The notes below the pieces were generated by a model. It saw only the letters and a program-made list of their open reading frames with translations, was not told where the DNA came from and made no database searches. A DNA stretch of 42,244 nucleotides, taken from the NCBI RefSeq assembly GCF_001194135.2, contig NC_068997.1, forward strand, positions 29,521,505 to 29,563,748, written 5' to 3'. A program made the translations under genes and the position numbers. The DNA is from Octopus bimaculoides (lineage: Eukaryota). This document shows, one piece after another, positions 10,541 to 22,920 of the stretch (its first letter is position 1; every line of letters begins with the position of its first letter).

Positions 10541-10839
10541 CTGAAAGGAAAAGTAATCCAGTCTTAAGTGTTACAGCAGATCTTTCATATTAGTACACAG
10601 AAGTACATACTAGTGTTTCGGAGTGAAAGACATGAAAGCATTACTACATTAGTCTCAGTAAGCTAACATTAGTCAACTACAATATAATCAGTTAGTATAA
10701 CTACGTGAAACAAACAGCTTTACTAGCAATAAACTAAATTACACATTAGTACAGTTTATCCATTACACTATCAGTAACAACACACTAGACACGTTGCACC
10801 AACTATAATTTACCTTTCATGCACTGTATTATTAATTAT

Positions 10840-11075
10840 TAAGGTGGCGAGCTGGCAGAATTGTTAACAAACAGGGCGAAATGCTTAGTGGCATTTCACC
10901 CGTCTTCACATTCTGAGTTCAAATTCCGCCACGGTCGACTTTGCCTTTCATTCTGTTGGGGTCAATAAATTAAATGCCAGTGAAACACTGGGGTTGATGT
11001 AATCGACTAGTCCCCACCCCCGAAATTTCAAGCCTTGTGCCTATTGTAGAAAGGATTATTATTATTGTTGTTGTT
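10840..11075 (+). mobile_element. tRNA-derived SINE family B. Further copies at about 11128-11340, 16400-16530 (-), 24570-24700 (-), 31590-31760
   Basis: Head gagctggcagaa...ttctgagttcaaattccgcc, body gtcgactttgcctttcat, (ATT)n tail. Recurrent. Confidence 0.75.
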
Positions 11076-14000
11076 TATTCAAGTGAGTGGTTGTAATATG
11101 AAGGAGAGTAAGTCAAGAGTGACTTTTAAGTGGCAAGCTGGCAGAACTGATAATATGCCAGACAAAAAGCTTAGTGGTGTTTCATTTTTATGTTCTGAGT
11201 TCAATTTCTGCTGAGGTCGACTTTTGCCTTTCATCTTTTCAGGGTCAATGAAATATGTAGCAGTTAAGCACTGGAGTCAATGTAATTGACCAGCCACAGA
11301 CCCCCAAAATTTCAGGCCTTCTGCCTACATAGAAAGAATATTACGAACATTGCTCATTGTGTGAGTATTACTCTAATATGATTAACACTGGAACCTTCAG
11401 GAAATATCCAACCAGGACTTCAGTTTTTCCATAAGCAAAGACCTAGTCTTTGGAAGACAGATTTGGCAGCATTACTTATGTAAAGTTAGCATAGAATGGT
11501 AATATCATGGCACAACGAATAAAGTGTTAAGTTAGACCATCAGCTTTTTAAATGTTTTATTATATAAAAACTACTGAGTATTAAAATTGTTTAATAACTA
11601 AAATTGGCAGACACAGTGCCCTTTACTCAAAGAGATACACATGCACCAGTGTAGTACCTTTAGAACACTCTGGCATTTTAGGATTTGCCCCCCCCCCCCG
11701 CAAAAAAACCCCCCATTTGACATGTAACAGATTGTTCAGAGTATCTGTAACAAGTTGGAAAGGGTCAGAATTTATGCAAAGGAAAGACAGCAGACAAGAT
11801 TATTTCCACAATGTATGTGTAACAAGGATGCTGTTGCAGATTGTTAATATTTTCAAAGTCTCTTTCATGGAAGCAATGCTAGTCTTGTATAATGCATCTA
11901 CAATGTATATAGGTGGGGACTGTCTGTGGAATGTTAATGAGTGCAGCATGGTATCGTTTACATAGAAGTATGTGTAATTAGCAGTAACAAGGTTATCAGT
12001 GTACAATAGAAAGTAAGAAACGGTGAGAAATTACATGAACCATACGACATCCTCAAATTTTGGTTCAATTAACCAATAAACCGTAACAGCTGAAACGTGT
12101 GTCTTGCAAATGGCTCAACTGCTGAAAAACAAAGTCCAATGTCGCTAAATTTCATTCGGTTTATTGCAGAGAAAAAATATTCAAGAAAGTCATTGAACAA
12201 AGGAATATTGTAGAAAAGCAGAACCATTTATTTTGGGGAAATGTTGCCAGACACTTAACAGCAATATAATGAAAACAGAAAATTAAACAGGAATGTTTGC
12301 TCATCAAGTTAATTTCATTTTAGATTAAGTCTGCTTAAAGACTGTCATTTGTGATGATTCATTAACAGAATGTATTATATCCTGGTTTGTGAGTTGATGG
12401 ATTATTAAGTTTAATGTTCAGAACAAAGAGTCATGAATGCTGTGTTTGAATGCTTAGATTCTTCAAGGTCAAGTTTACTTATTTATAAACTCACCTCTTG
12501 CATAGGATGTCTGATAAGAAAGTATACAGATTGATTTTTGATGTTGATGGCCTTGTAAACTTAAAGATACATACAATACTGGCGCACAAAAATTGACTTG
12601 AAAGTAATATACTTAGGAATATTGTAGAAAATACAAAATAAATACAACTATAATAAAACTGGGAAGAGCAAATATTGAATAAACATCTCAATAATAAAAA
12701 TTGGACATTGTGTTCTTTAAAACATGCATCAATTTTTATGCTAAACCAAGACTGGACACAGAAACTAGCTGTGCAATTAATAAACTTAACCCTTATTTTA
12801 CTTGAACACATATCAAAGACTCCCCACTCCCTGTCATGTTTTTAAATATGGTGTATCTCATTTTGTAATTGCTGCCTTTGTCACATGCAGCCTTGGTTTG
12901 TCACTGTACTACCATGTTTATTTACATAAACTATTTGATTTCAAATACTTATTTCAATGAATTTTTTTTTTCCATTACAGTTAGCAATGAGCAGTAGAGT
13001 TAGAGCTATTGGACATCATTACTCTTCTGAAAATGCAAAATGTAAAGTGAATGAAGAAAAGAAAGAAGAGACCAGCTATAGAGATTGAAAACCTGTAAAT
13101 TAACAGAAATTTATGATACTCATGAAAAAGATGATGGTTGAAGCTGGAAATAAAGAAACAACCAGCACTAATGTGGCAGAAAGCATCCAGCAACAACCAG
13201 CAGCTATTCATTTATTGAATGTGATACAGTAAGTGAAAAGAACAAGTGCTCTTGTGATATTGGTAAATGGCCAATTTTGATGATTGTATTTGTGAATCCA
13301 ATAGAGAACCAAAAGAAGCAACATGCTAACAGTGACTTCTTTTCAACCATTTGATCATAAAAAAAAAACTGAAGACACAGTCAGATTTTTTTTTATTTCA
13401 CACATGTTCATAAATCTACAAACAAGCTACCTGCAAGAAATTAGTAATTCAGAAAATAAACAAAACCTATTTTGTTTTCCATAGGATATTGTTATGACTT
13501 GAGGTTATTCATAGCTTACTGGAAATAGTTTAATGACAAGAAAAATACAAGGAATTTGTGTGGTCAACATCACTTCACATAGATAAATGCTATTCTCATG
13601 GTTCATGCACAAAAGCAAAAATATTGGTGCACACTTGTAGAGGGAATAATTGAAATTATAAACTTTTTGTTAAAAGGTTTGTTGTTTTATGATGGTGGAT
13701 CTGCTCATAGTAGGAATTATTGAAGAATGCTCTTTGGCCATTCTTTTCTGGCAGAATATATAAACACGCATGAAATCAAATCTAGTTGATAGAAATTGTA
13801 TCCAAAACAGCATAAGAAGGATTTATTAATCTGATTAGATCCAGCATACTAGAACACATTATCTATGGAGTGAGAGAACAAAGTATTATTCTGTTTCTTT
13901 GGATTCTAATCCATATATTACCTCATGTGAACCAGCCAACTTTGATTCTATGCTGTTTTTACCATAGAAGTTTGGGGATATGGAAAGTCAGAGTAAGTTA

Positions 14001-14424
14001 GTGAATTTACCGTGACAATTTCATTAATATAAAAGACTGCTGTAATCAAAATTACGAGAATACCTGTAATATAAGTGGCAGAAATGTGCTGGCAGATCAG
14101 CACAAATTAACAATCTGAGTTTATAGACTGTATTTCATGCTTTGCCCCCATTCAGTAAGTTTGACTGGAAACTCTGCTGCCAAATGCTGGAAAGACGCAT
14201 TCATTTTTAAATAATTTGTATAAAGCCTGAACACAATTTTTGTTTTTTATCAATGAGGTCTCCTTTCTGCTACATAATTTGGAGGTGATGGTGCACCAAT
14301 TGAGAGAAAAATTCCAGAAACCAGGTTCCCAGTTCATGCAGATACATCATAAAACCCTTTCATACAAGTTTTCCACAACAAAACAAGTCTTGGATGACAT
14401 AAGAGAAAAACAATGATCAGAAGA

Positions 14425-14722
14425 TTATTTACATTTGATGGATATTTGTCCTCATCTTGTTTGTTGTTAACGTTTCGGCCGATATATCCTCCAGCCTTCA
14501 TCAGGTGTCTTGGGGAAATTTCAAACCTGGGTTCTCATTCCTAAGGCATTTTTTGATATTATTATTATTATTATTTTATTATTCAGGTCACTGCCTGGAA
14601 TCGAACTCGGAATCTTGGGGTTAGTAGCCTCCGCTCTTAACCACAAGATGAGGACAAATACCCGTCAAACGTAAATAATATAAATATTGTACATAATTCC
14701 TCATCTCTTAAATATAGAACTA
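14425..14722 (-). mobile_element. Same retroposon, copy 2, with 13-bp target-site duplication
   Basis: Highly similar to copy 1. Flanked by aatgatcagaaga (14412-14424 and 14723-14735). Inserted in the hAT fossil. Confidence 0.82.
14469..14509 (-). ncRNA. Minimal type-I hammerhead ribozyme motif (core and stem II intact, 3' strand of stem I missing)
   Basis: GACAC CUGAUGA A GGCUG-gaggauauau-CGGCC GAAAC GUU. Conserved core, 5-bp stem II and palindromic ACGU stem III. Confidence 0.7.
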
Positions 14723-15470
14723 AATGATCAGAAGAGTGCTGAGGACAGGCTCATGGATCAGTGATTCTTTAAAATGCTCCAAGACATGTATACAGCTTAT
14801 GCCTCTATGGATATATCCAAGGTAAGCAATCTACTTTCTCAGTCATCGAGCAAAAAAAAAAAAAGGTGAAAGATCAGAGTGTGAAGATTATTGATAAGCT
14901 TCACTGTGTGTGTGTGTGTGTNNNNNNNNNNNNNNNNNNNNNNNNNNNNNNNNNNNNNNNNNNNNNNNNNNNNNNNNNNNNNNNNNNNNNNNNNNNNNNN
15001 NNNNNNNNNNNNNNNNNNNNNNNNNNNNNNNNNNNNNNNNNNNNNNNNNNNNNNNNNNNNNNNNNNNNNNNNNNNNNNNNNNNNNNNNNNNNNNNNNNNN
15101 NNNNNNNNNNNNNNNNNNNNNNNNNNNNNNNNNNNNNNNNNNNNNNNNNNNNNNNNNNNNNNNNNNNNNNNNNNNNNNNNNNNNNNNNNNNNNNNNNNNN
15201 NNNNNNNNNNNNNNNNNNNNNNNNNNNNNNNNNNNNNNNNNNNNNNNNNNNNNNNNNNNNNNNNNNNNNNNNNNNNNNNNNNNNNNNNNNNNNNNNNNNN
15301 NNNNNNNNNNNNNNNNNNNNNNNNNNNNNNNNNNNNNNNNNNNNNNNNNNNNNNNNNNNNNNNNNNNNNNNTTATTTTAAACTCTCAAAAACCGAATGTT
15401 TAAACAAACAACCACTTTAAAATATTGTAAACGGAAGAAAATAAAATGTTTCTTAAAAAACATCATTTAA

Positions 15471-15688
15471 CCCTTTCATCACCAACCCGACTGAAACTGG
15501 TTCTGACTGTAGTACAAATATCTTGTTTTGATAAGTTTTGAATTAAAATCTTCCACAAACTTTAGTCACAATTTATGTTCCTGACACTAGCTTAATGATA
15601 ACTAAGTTATTTTACTAAATTCTTTGTTATATTTAAAATAATTGAAAGAAACACAGAGCATCTCAAAATAAATACGGTAATGAAAGGG
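15471..15688 (+). mobile_element. piggyBac-type MITE, copy 1
   Basis: TTAA on both flanks, CCCTTTC...GAAAGGG termini, two other copies in the window. Confidence 0.8.
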
Positions 15689-15719
15689 TTAAACATCCAT
15701 TTTCTTATGTTGCCATAAA

Positions 15720-16290
15720 TTTGACACACTTAGAAGACCAATTCTTTTCATGTGTCTTAATCCTGTTTCACCATTTCTTAGAGTTTGCTCTCGGGTTGAC
15801 CTAACCATTGCATATACCCTCCAACAACAAACTAGACACATTATCTGTCCATAAGAACACAGTTGGTAACTCTATATAGAGTAACCGATGCTTTCCAAGC
15901 CCAATTCCTTTCTCAAATTAACACATCTCATATATATACTTCATATTACAGCTTATTTTACTTGCTGAGATAGAAGCATTTATTTTCAAATAGAAATTAA
16001 AATTCTTCAAACCCCTTAACTCTCCAACTTTAACCTCCCAGCATCAGCACTAACAAATTATGCCATCTCATTGTTAACTACTACTTCCAGTTTGCCATTT
16101 AAGCAGTTTGTAGTCTTTATGCTTTCATCTACTTCAATCAATACCTTTGGATCTGATAGATTAATGAAAAAAACAAAAAAGTCACTGCAACTTTCATGCC
16201 TTGTGTCTGCACTAATTACGCCATACTAAACTCACTACTTGTCCTCTTAAGTTTTATAAAATATTAGACAAGGCTATGCTTTCTGATTAT
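15720..16290 (-). mobile_element. Old, degraded RTE LINE fragment
   Basis: Broken translation resembling LRKELGLESI...GQIM...GRxRGRPRKTW. Weak. Confidence 0.4.
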
Positions 16291-19200
16291 AGACCAATAA
16301 CAATGCAGCATAAAGACAACGGCTAAGAGAAAATAATCCACCTTATGAATCCATATTTTATGATAATTTCCAACAATAGTACAGGGTCACAGAGTTACTG
16401 GAAAGACATGTCCATTGATTCAACAGCAGGATATTTCTAGGACTTGTTTTATCAATACCAATGAGATGAAAGTCAACTCTGGTGGGATTTCCAACTCAGA
16501 GTGTACAGGGATCTAACTACACACTAAGTATTATTCAATTAATGATAACTGAAGCAAAATTAAATGCATAAGAATATAAGCATGTCTATTTAAATGACTC
16601 CAGCCCCAACTCCAAGGTTTCTGGCCTTGTTTTAATGCAGAAGATGGAGTGGCAAAAACAGCAGAGCACATTGTGGTATTTAGTGACATATTTTTACTGT
16701 TTGTTCTCTATGGTTGATAAAAAGCAGTATTTTACTGGAAGTTGTTCAACAATAACCATTGTCTACAAATCTATGGCCTTGCTTCAATCAAAGACATTAA
16801 TCATTAATATATATCAATTTCTACAATGGCATTTTATTTTTTTGTTCCATAATTTATCAAGAAAAATATACTTAAAAAATCTTACCCATATTTGAATTTT
16901 ATTTAACTTGTTCCAACCCATTTTCAAATAGGGATACCATTCATTTTTGCCAGCTGAGTGGACTGGAGCAATGTGAGAAATAAAGTACCTTGCTCAAGGA
17001 CACAATGTGCCACTGGGAATCAAGCTCATACCCTTACAATCACAAGCCAGAAGACCCTAACCACTAAGCCATGCGCCTTCACACACACACACACATTTGC
17101 TACACATACATACATACTTTTCTATGTAGTACAGACACACATACTACAATGAAATGTACCCAGTATGCTCTGTAAGGTGGTTGGTGACAGGAAGAGCATC
17201 AAGATAGAAACTAAAACAAAAATTAAACACAACAAGCAAGATCAGTCTATGAGGGCAGAGGCTCCCAATAAGGAGCTCAAACTATGAAAACCTATCCAAC
17301 CCATTCCAACATGTAGCGTGAATGATGATGATGATGATGATGCATACAGACCCATATAGCTCAGAGAGAGAAAGAGACCGACCTCATCTTGACATCATGT
17401 GATAGCTATGTGTCACTATTATACAAGTGGTGTCCATTTCCAATCTTCCATTAAAACATATCTGGCCATGGGGAAATATTATTGAAGATTGACAACAGGG
17501 AATGCATTTGACAACAGAAAAATCTGCCTTGACAGACTCCATCAGACCATGCAAGCATGGAAAAAAAGATGTTAAGACGATCGTACACAAAACTGTAAAT
17601 GTCATTTTGCTCCTAGCATTATGAACCGCGTGTTTTTCTGACATCTTGTTCTTCACTAATGAATAGTATTTTTTCATTATATTTCCAGCAGAGATAAATA
17701 TTTTCCCTTNNNNNNNNNNNNNNNNNNNNNNNNNNNNNNNNNNNNNNNNNNNNNNNNNNNNNNNNNNNNNNNNNNNNNNNNNNNNNNNNNNNNNNNNNNN
17801 NNNNNNNNNNNNNNNNNNNNNNNNNNNNNNNNNNNNNNNNNNNNNNNNNNNNNNNNNNNNNNNNNNNNNNNNNNNNNNNNNNNNNNNNNNNNNNNNNNNN
17901 NNNNNNNNNNNNNNNNNNNNNNNNNATATATATATATATAATCATTTAAAGCTTTAATTATTTTCACCTGCATATCATTCTAGAGTTTATAGTTCAGAAT
18001 CAAACATTCATATCCACATCTAATGAAAATTACTCACAAGGTGTTCTTGTACAATATAAATGTAACTATAAATATATCGGATAAGAAGATGAGGAAGTGA
18101 GTAATTTTAATGTTAAATTCCAGTGTTTTGAGAGTAGATTTATCAGACACAAGCCTAAAATAATTTTAGGGTAGGCTCTTCAACCAGAAATTATTATGGT
18201 GAACATGATTATGTTAATTAGATCAATTTAGACAACCAAAATAATCTGGGTCACCAGTGATGATTAACAGTTTTGTGAGGACAAAGGGTGTGATAACGTG
18301 ATGAATTTTAGGTTATCTCAAAAGCTTACTCATTTTTAGAGATTTCTACAAGGATAAAAAGTAATAACATAACTTTGAGAGACAAACTCAGACAGAACTC
18401 TCTCCACCTAACAAGAATTCCGAGCAACAAGTGGTAGGGTCTTCATGCTAAATAGATTACTGGAATTCAGAGTAAATAGATTATTATAAAAGCCTGAAAT
18501 ATTTATAGAGAAACTCAAACAATTTAGAAGATTCCAGTTATTTTAATTGTGCTACAATAAACATTGAATCATTAAAGTAAATTATTGATGTACAAGTAAA
18601 GTAAAACCGATTGTGATGAAGTGGGTAAATGCTCAAATTCAAGGCAACAAAATCGTTGCCTCCTACTGAGGCAGGCAACCAGTCAGTGTGCATGAGTATG
18701 TGCATGTGTTTTGCCAATAAGGATGCCTTTTACAGAGTCACTTGACAAGCTAGAAATAGCAGCCAAATTTCTCTCATCACATCCTAGACTCTTAAAAAAG
18801 AGAAAACCAAAGAAAGAAAAAAAGACTGAATGGTCAAAGATGCAATGTTTTTGATTACACTGGTCTACAATTTTTTTATTTTCTTTATTTTAGTTGCAAA
18901 CAATATTCAAATGAATTCTGGGAGCACTGAATCCACAAGTAACTGGTTTTTGAAATAGTGGATTCCCCTCAAATGATGATGTTGCCCTAGGATGATCTAC
19001 AAAGACTTTTCAGAATCTGACTACAAGTGAGTTAGGATTGAAGTTAGGTCAGAGGCCATAATACTTTGACACTTGACAACTTAGTCAATTAGCTGAGGGG
19101 ACTCTAGGCGGAGGAGGCCATATTTGATAACACTCCTGAATCATTGCAGTACTGTGTTTAGCTTATTCTTTATTGCACTTGCTTGGCTGATTTTCATCTG

Positions 19201-19761
19201 AGTAATCTTAATTTTACAAGGATTCAATTTAAAAGAAATGCATCTATGCTCTTCTTTTTTTGGCTTTTAGTTTGAAGTAAATAAATGAAGCTAATGTTTT
19301 AATTTTAAATAACCAACAGTGGAAACAAATGTGATTTTATGATTGGTTATTTTAGAAGATAAAAAAAAAAAATCTTAACTTAAGGAAGAGAATATATAAA
19401 AAAATTATTTTGCAAATAAATAATTAATATCTTCTAAAAGAATATAATAAATTCTACATTTAGGACATTCTTCTTGTAGTGAAGTCTGACAACTGCCAAA
19501 GTTAAGAAAAAGTCTCAAAGAATTTCAAGATCCGTAGGCAAAATGGTTCTGGTTTTATGGTTTTAAGAAGAAATATACCTTTATAGAAGACACCAATTCT
19601 TTACAAATCAGATATTCATTCTTAATATCTAAGTTAACCAAAGAATGGACAATTAAGGAATTAGTCCAGAGAATAAAACACCTGCGGATGGTTGGAACTT
19701 GTGACCTGTGAATTAGTTGTTCAATACTTGACCCACTCAGCTTTCTTCACCTCTACAGTTA

Positions 19762-19762
<1 letters not shown>

Positions 19763-19806
<44 letters not shown>
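19763..19806. repeat. Poly-A run (~44 nt)
   Basis: Direct observation. Confidence 0.95.
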
Positions 19807-19810
<4 letters not shown>

Positions 19811-20744
19811 TCATTTACAACAAAAGGATATAAGAACACAATGACAGGACCCTAAACGTGTCATTGTAAGGGCCAACATCAATAAGCTGCATGCATGCGG
19901 TGATAATGGGGCAAATAAACCTTATCCAAGCAAGGAAATGAAGAGAAAATTCATTAAGCTTGACAAAGAACACTGCATCAGCTCCACACTGAACTATTTC
20001 ACATGACCCAGGAAAAAGAAAGAAAGGTTTACAAACAAGAAAGCAAAGACCTGTCAGGTATATGACAGGTGAATAATGCAGGGGGAGTGGGGAGGCAGAG
20101 ACAGGTCCACTACATCAAAAGGAAACTATTTAGTAAAATAAACATTCCTTTAATATTTTTGGGAGATCACAATGTTTTTAAAAGGAAATAGGGAAGTTGA
20201 CAAAGAAGACCAGCAACAGCGTAAATATTTATTTAGTATCAATAATTACTGTCCCTACTGCCCCCCAATCACCATTATGAAACACGGACAGATTTGATCA
20301 AGGGGAGAAGTCATTTATTGCATTCTTTTCAGCTTATGCAACAATGTAATTGAGAAGTGAATAGAAAGAGTAACGCAGCACCAAAAGCCAGCCGAAGTCT
20401 TTGAATTTGTGTGTGTTAGAATATTCTGGGAAATAATACCTTAATTTTACCTCCAGCAAACAGCATTTAGGTCTTACAGATTACAAACACAATTTTCTAA
20501 ACATTTACACAAATATCTAGAATCTATGGTAAGCTGGAAACAAAAGAAAAAAAAAAGACTAACATTAATTCATTATTTAAAAACAGTAATGACAAATTAC
20601 AGAGATGTACTTGCATAGCAAGTGACCTGATCTGAGAGTGTGTGCTGAAACAAAAACAATTGCAGCGTGGAAGATGCGTATAAGCCATTTAAAAACACAA
20701 AAAATAACCGTTAGATTCACTTCAACATTTAAATTTAATTTGTG

Positions 20745-20862
20745 AAAATATTTTTGTCGCTTTGAGACCACGACCTGTTCACTGACAAAATTCCATGCTG
20801 CATCACAGAATTTCGTGATGCAGAACAGACAGTTCGCGGTCTCAAAGCAACGAAAATATTTT
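20745..20862. repeat. Branched inverted repeat (29-bp outer stem plus 9-bp inner stem)
   Basis: 20745-20773 pairs with 20834-20862. Inner stem ctgcatcac/gtgatgcag. Confidence 0.75.
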
Positions 20863-22796
20863 GGCAAATAGTAATGACAAAGTTGTTACTTTATTCATAC
20901 TAATTAAAGTTTTCTCCATACTAATAGTCTTGAGATGACCTGAAATAAGGATTCCACTTTAGAGACAATACAAATGGACCATATTTTCCAGCATGCAAGA
21001 TGACTTTTTCAGATCAAAATTTACAGGAAAAAAATGGACGTTGACTTATAAATGAAGATAACTTAGGAGGACCAAAACTTCCATGTGAAGCACAACTGGA
21101 TTTGGAAAGAGAAATAATGATGTCTGTTTTTTTTACTATGTTTTTATTATATTCACAATGTTGACTTGTATGCCAGAAAATATAGCATTAAAGGGTTCAT
21201 GCATTATAGTTCTCTCTTCAATATTACTACAACAATGGTAATAATCTAGTGAAGGGAGCAGAAATATAAAAATCTGGCTCTGAGATGTATAGTAAACTGC
21301 CTGTAGTAAATTTGTGCAAAGCCTACCCTACTCTCCTACCAAACAGCATGACTGTGATGGAACAAAAATAGAAAAAGAGAACAAAGCAAATTTAAAATGA
21401 AAGAATCATTTTGATGAACTCCTGAAAACTGTTCAGTTAGAGCTAATTTAAAGCTGGGAATATCAAAATGTTAGCAATTAATAACTATGCACTGACAAAA
21501 CCAATTAGTTAATTATGTACAGCATTTTAATTACTCTGGCAAAAACAGGAAACACCTCAAGGCAGGTTTTAGATGTCACCAGACTTGCCAAGGATAGGAT
21601 AATCACTAAGTCAGTATACAAGCTTATAAACGTGTGTTGAAAAACAGAACTGTTCAGGGAACAAATAACTTAGACACCATCCACATCATGTCTTGGTTTC
21701 AAAGTAATTTCATAAATACAAACTAATTTAACATTATGAGAAATGAAAGTCATTGAAGGTTAATAAAATAAAGTACCAGTTGAATGCTGGTGTCGACAGT
21801 ATCAACTAAGCTAATTGAACATTATGAGAAGTGAAAGTCATTTTGCATCATAAGATTTAATTACACACACAAGACATGTTCAGCTATTTGCATTTATTGG
21901 AAACAACAGTGACAATCCTGCTTCCAACTAAAACTAAAGGAGAGGACCAAATTGGTCATCCTTGTTTTCCCACCAAGAACAAAATCAACCATTCTGAAAG
22001 ATAACAGTTCTTTGATTGAATCCATAAAATGTTCAGGATTTTGATTCTAAGCCAAAAGTAATAATTATACCACAGAAGTGTCTGACTAAAATGAAACTAA
22101 GAACCTGCAGACATTTGAACATCTAAATTTTACAGATTTCTTGTAAGAGAAAAAAAAACAAAACTATCCAATAGATGGACAGTGTAAAATACATGAAAGA
22201 GTCTGTACATATATTAGCATCTTAAAAGATATAATAGACAGATTTAAAAAAATGTGTCTGAAAGGTAAGAATTGAAAGACATTTAAAGGGTTTAATCAGA
22301 AAAGATAAATGAATTCAAAACAGAGAGTATATGGGATGAGAGGATGGTAATCAGGTAATGGGGGGAGGGGGAAGCTCTAATCAGAAATACTGGGGATGCT
22401 TTGTTTGACTCAACCCTCCAAGGCAGCACTCCAGCATGGCCACAGCCCAAAGACTGAAACAAGCAAAAAGAGATAAGACATATTCAAGATTTTCCTTATT
22501 GTAAGCAATGCTCCAACATGGCCATCAAGATGGGATTTTAAGCAACTCTAAACATTATCAAATGCATAAAACAAAAAGGCAAAACAATTCTATTTCAATA
22601 TCAACTGAAATTTTGTTATATAATTGATGTACCAAACTACAGAGTTAAGTTCCTTTGCTCCATAACAACATGGTTTCATGTTTGAAACTACTGCATGGCA
22701 CCTTGAGCAAGTATCTTCTTTTCTATTATAGCTTTGGACAGACCTAAACATCAGTAGTAAATTTTGGTAAACAGAAACTGTTCAGAAAAGAGAGGG

Positions 22797-22920
22797 TGTG
22801 TGTGTGTGTGTGCGTGTGTGTGTGTGCACGCGGTGTGCGGTGTGTGTGTGTGTGTGTGTGCACGCGGTGTGCGGTGTGTGTTCATGCAGTGTCTGCACGT
22901 GTGGTGTGAGAGGAGTGTGT
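22797..22920. repeat. Compound (TG)n microsatellite with a duplicated gtgcacgcggtgtgcggtgtgtg unit
   Basis: Direct observation. Confidence 0.9.

Larger units (their letters stand above)
12987..14830 (+). mobile_element. Fossil hAT transposase (ZMYM1/Tip100-like) with many frameshifts
   Basis: Fragments translate to ENKQNLFCFP (TTF-zinc-finger-like), NLIRSSILEHII..TKYYSVSLDS, DCCNQNYENTCNISG and ISCFA(H)SVSLTGNSAAKC, which match hAT catalytic-region motifs. Ends are approximate. Confidence 0.75.

Noticed and set aside
19763-19806. Poly-A as a retrocopy tail
   Set aside because: No upstream gene-like body in the matching orientation and no TSD identified.
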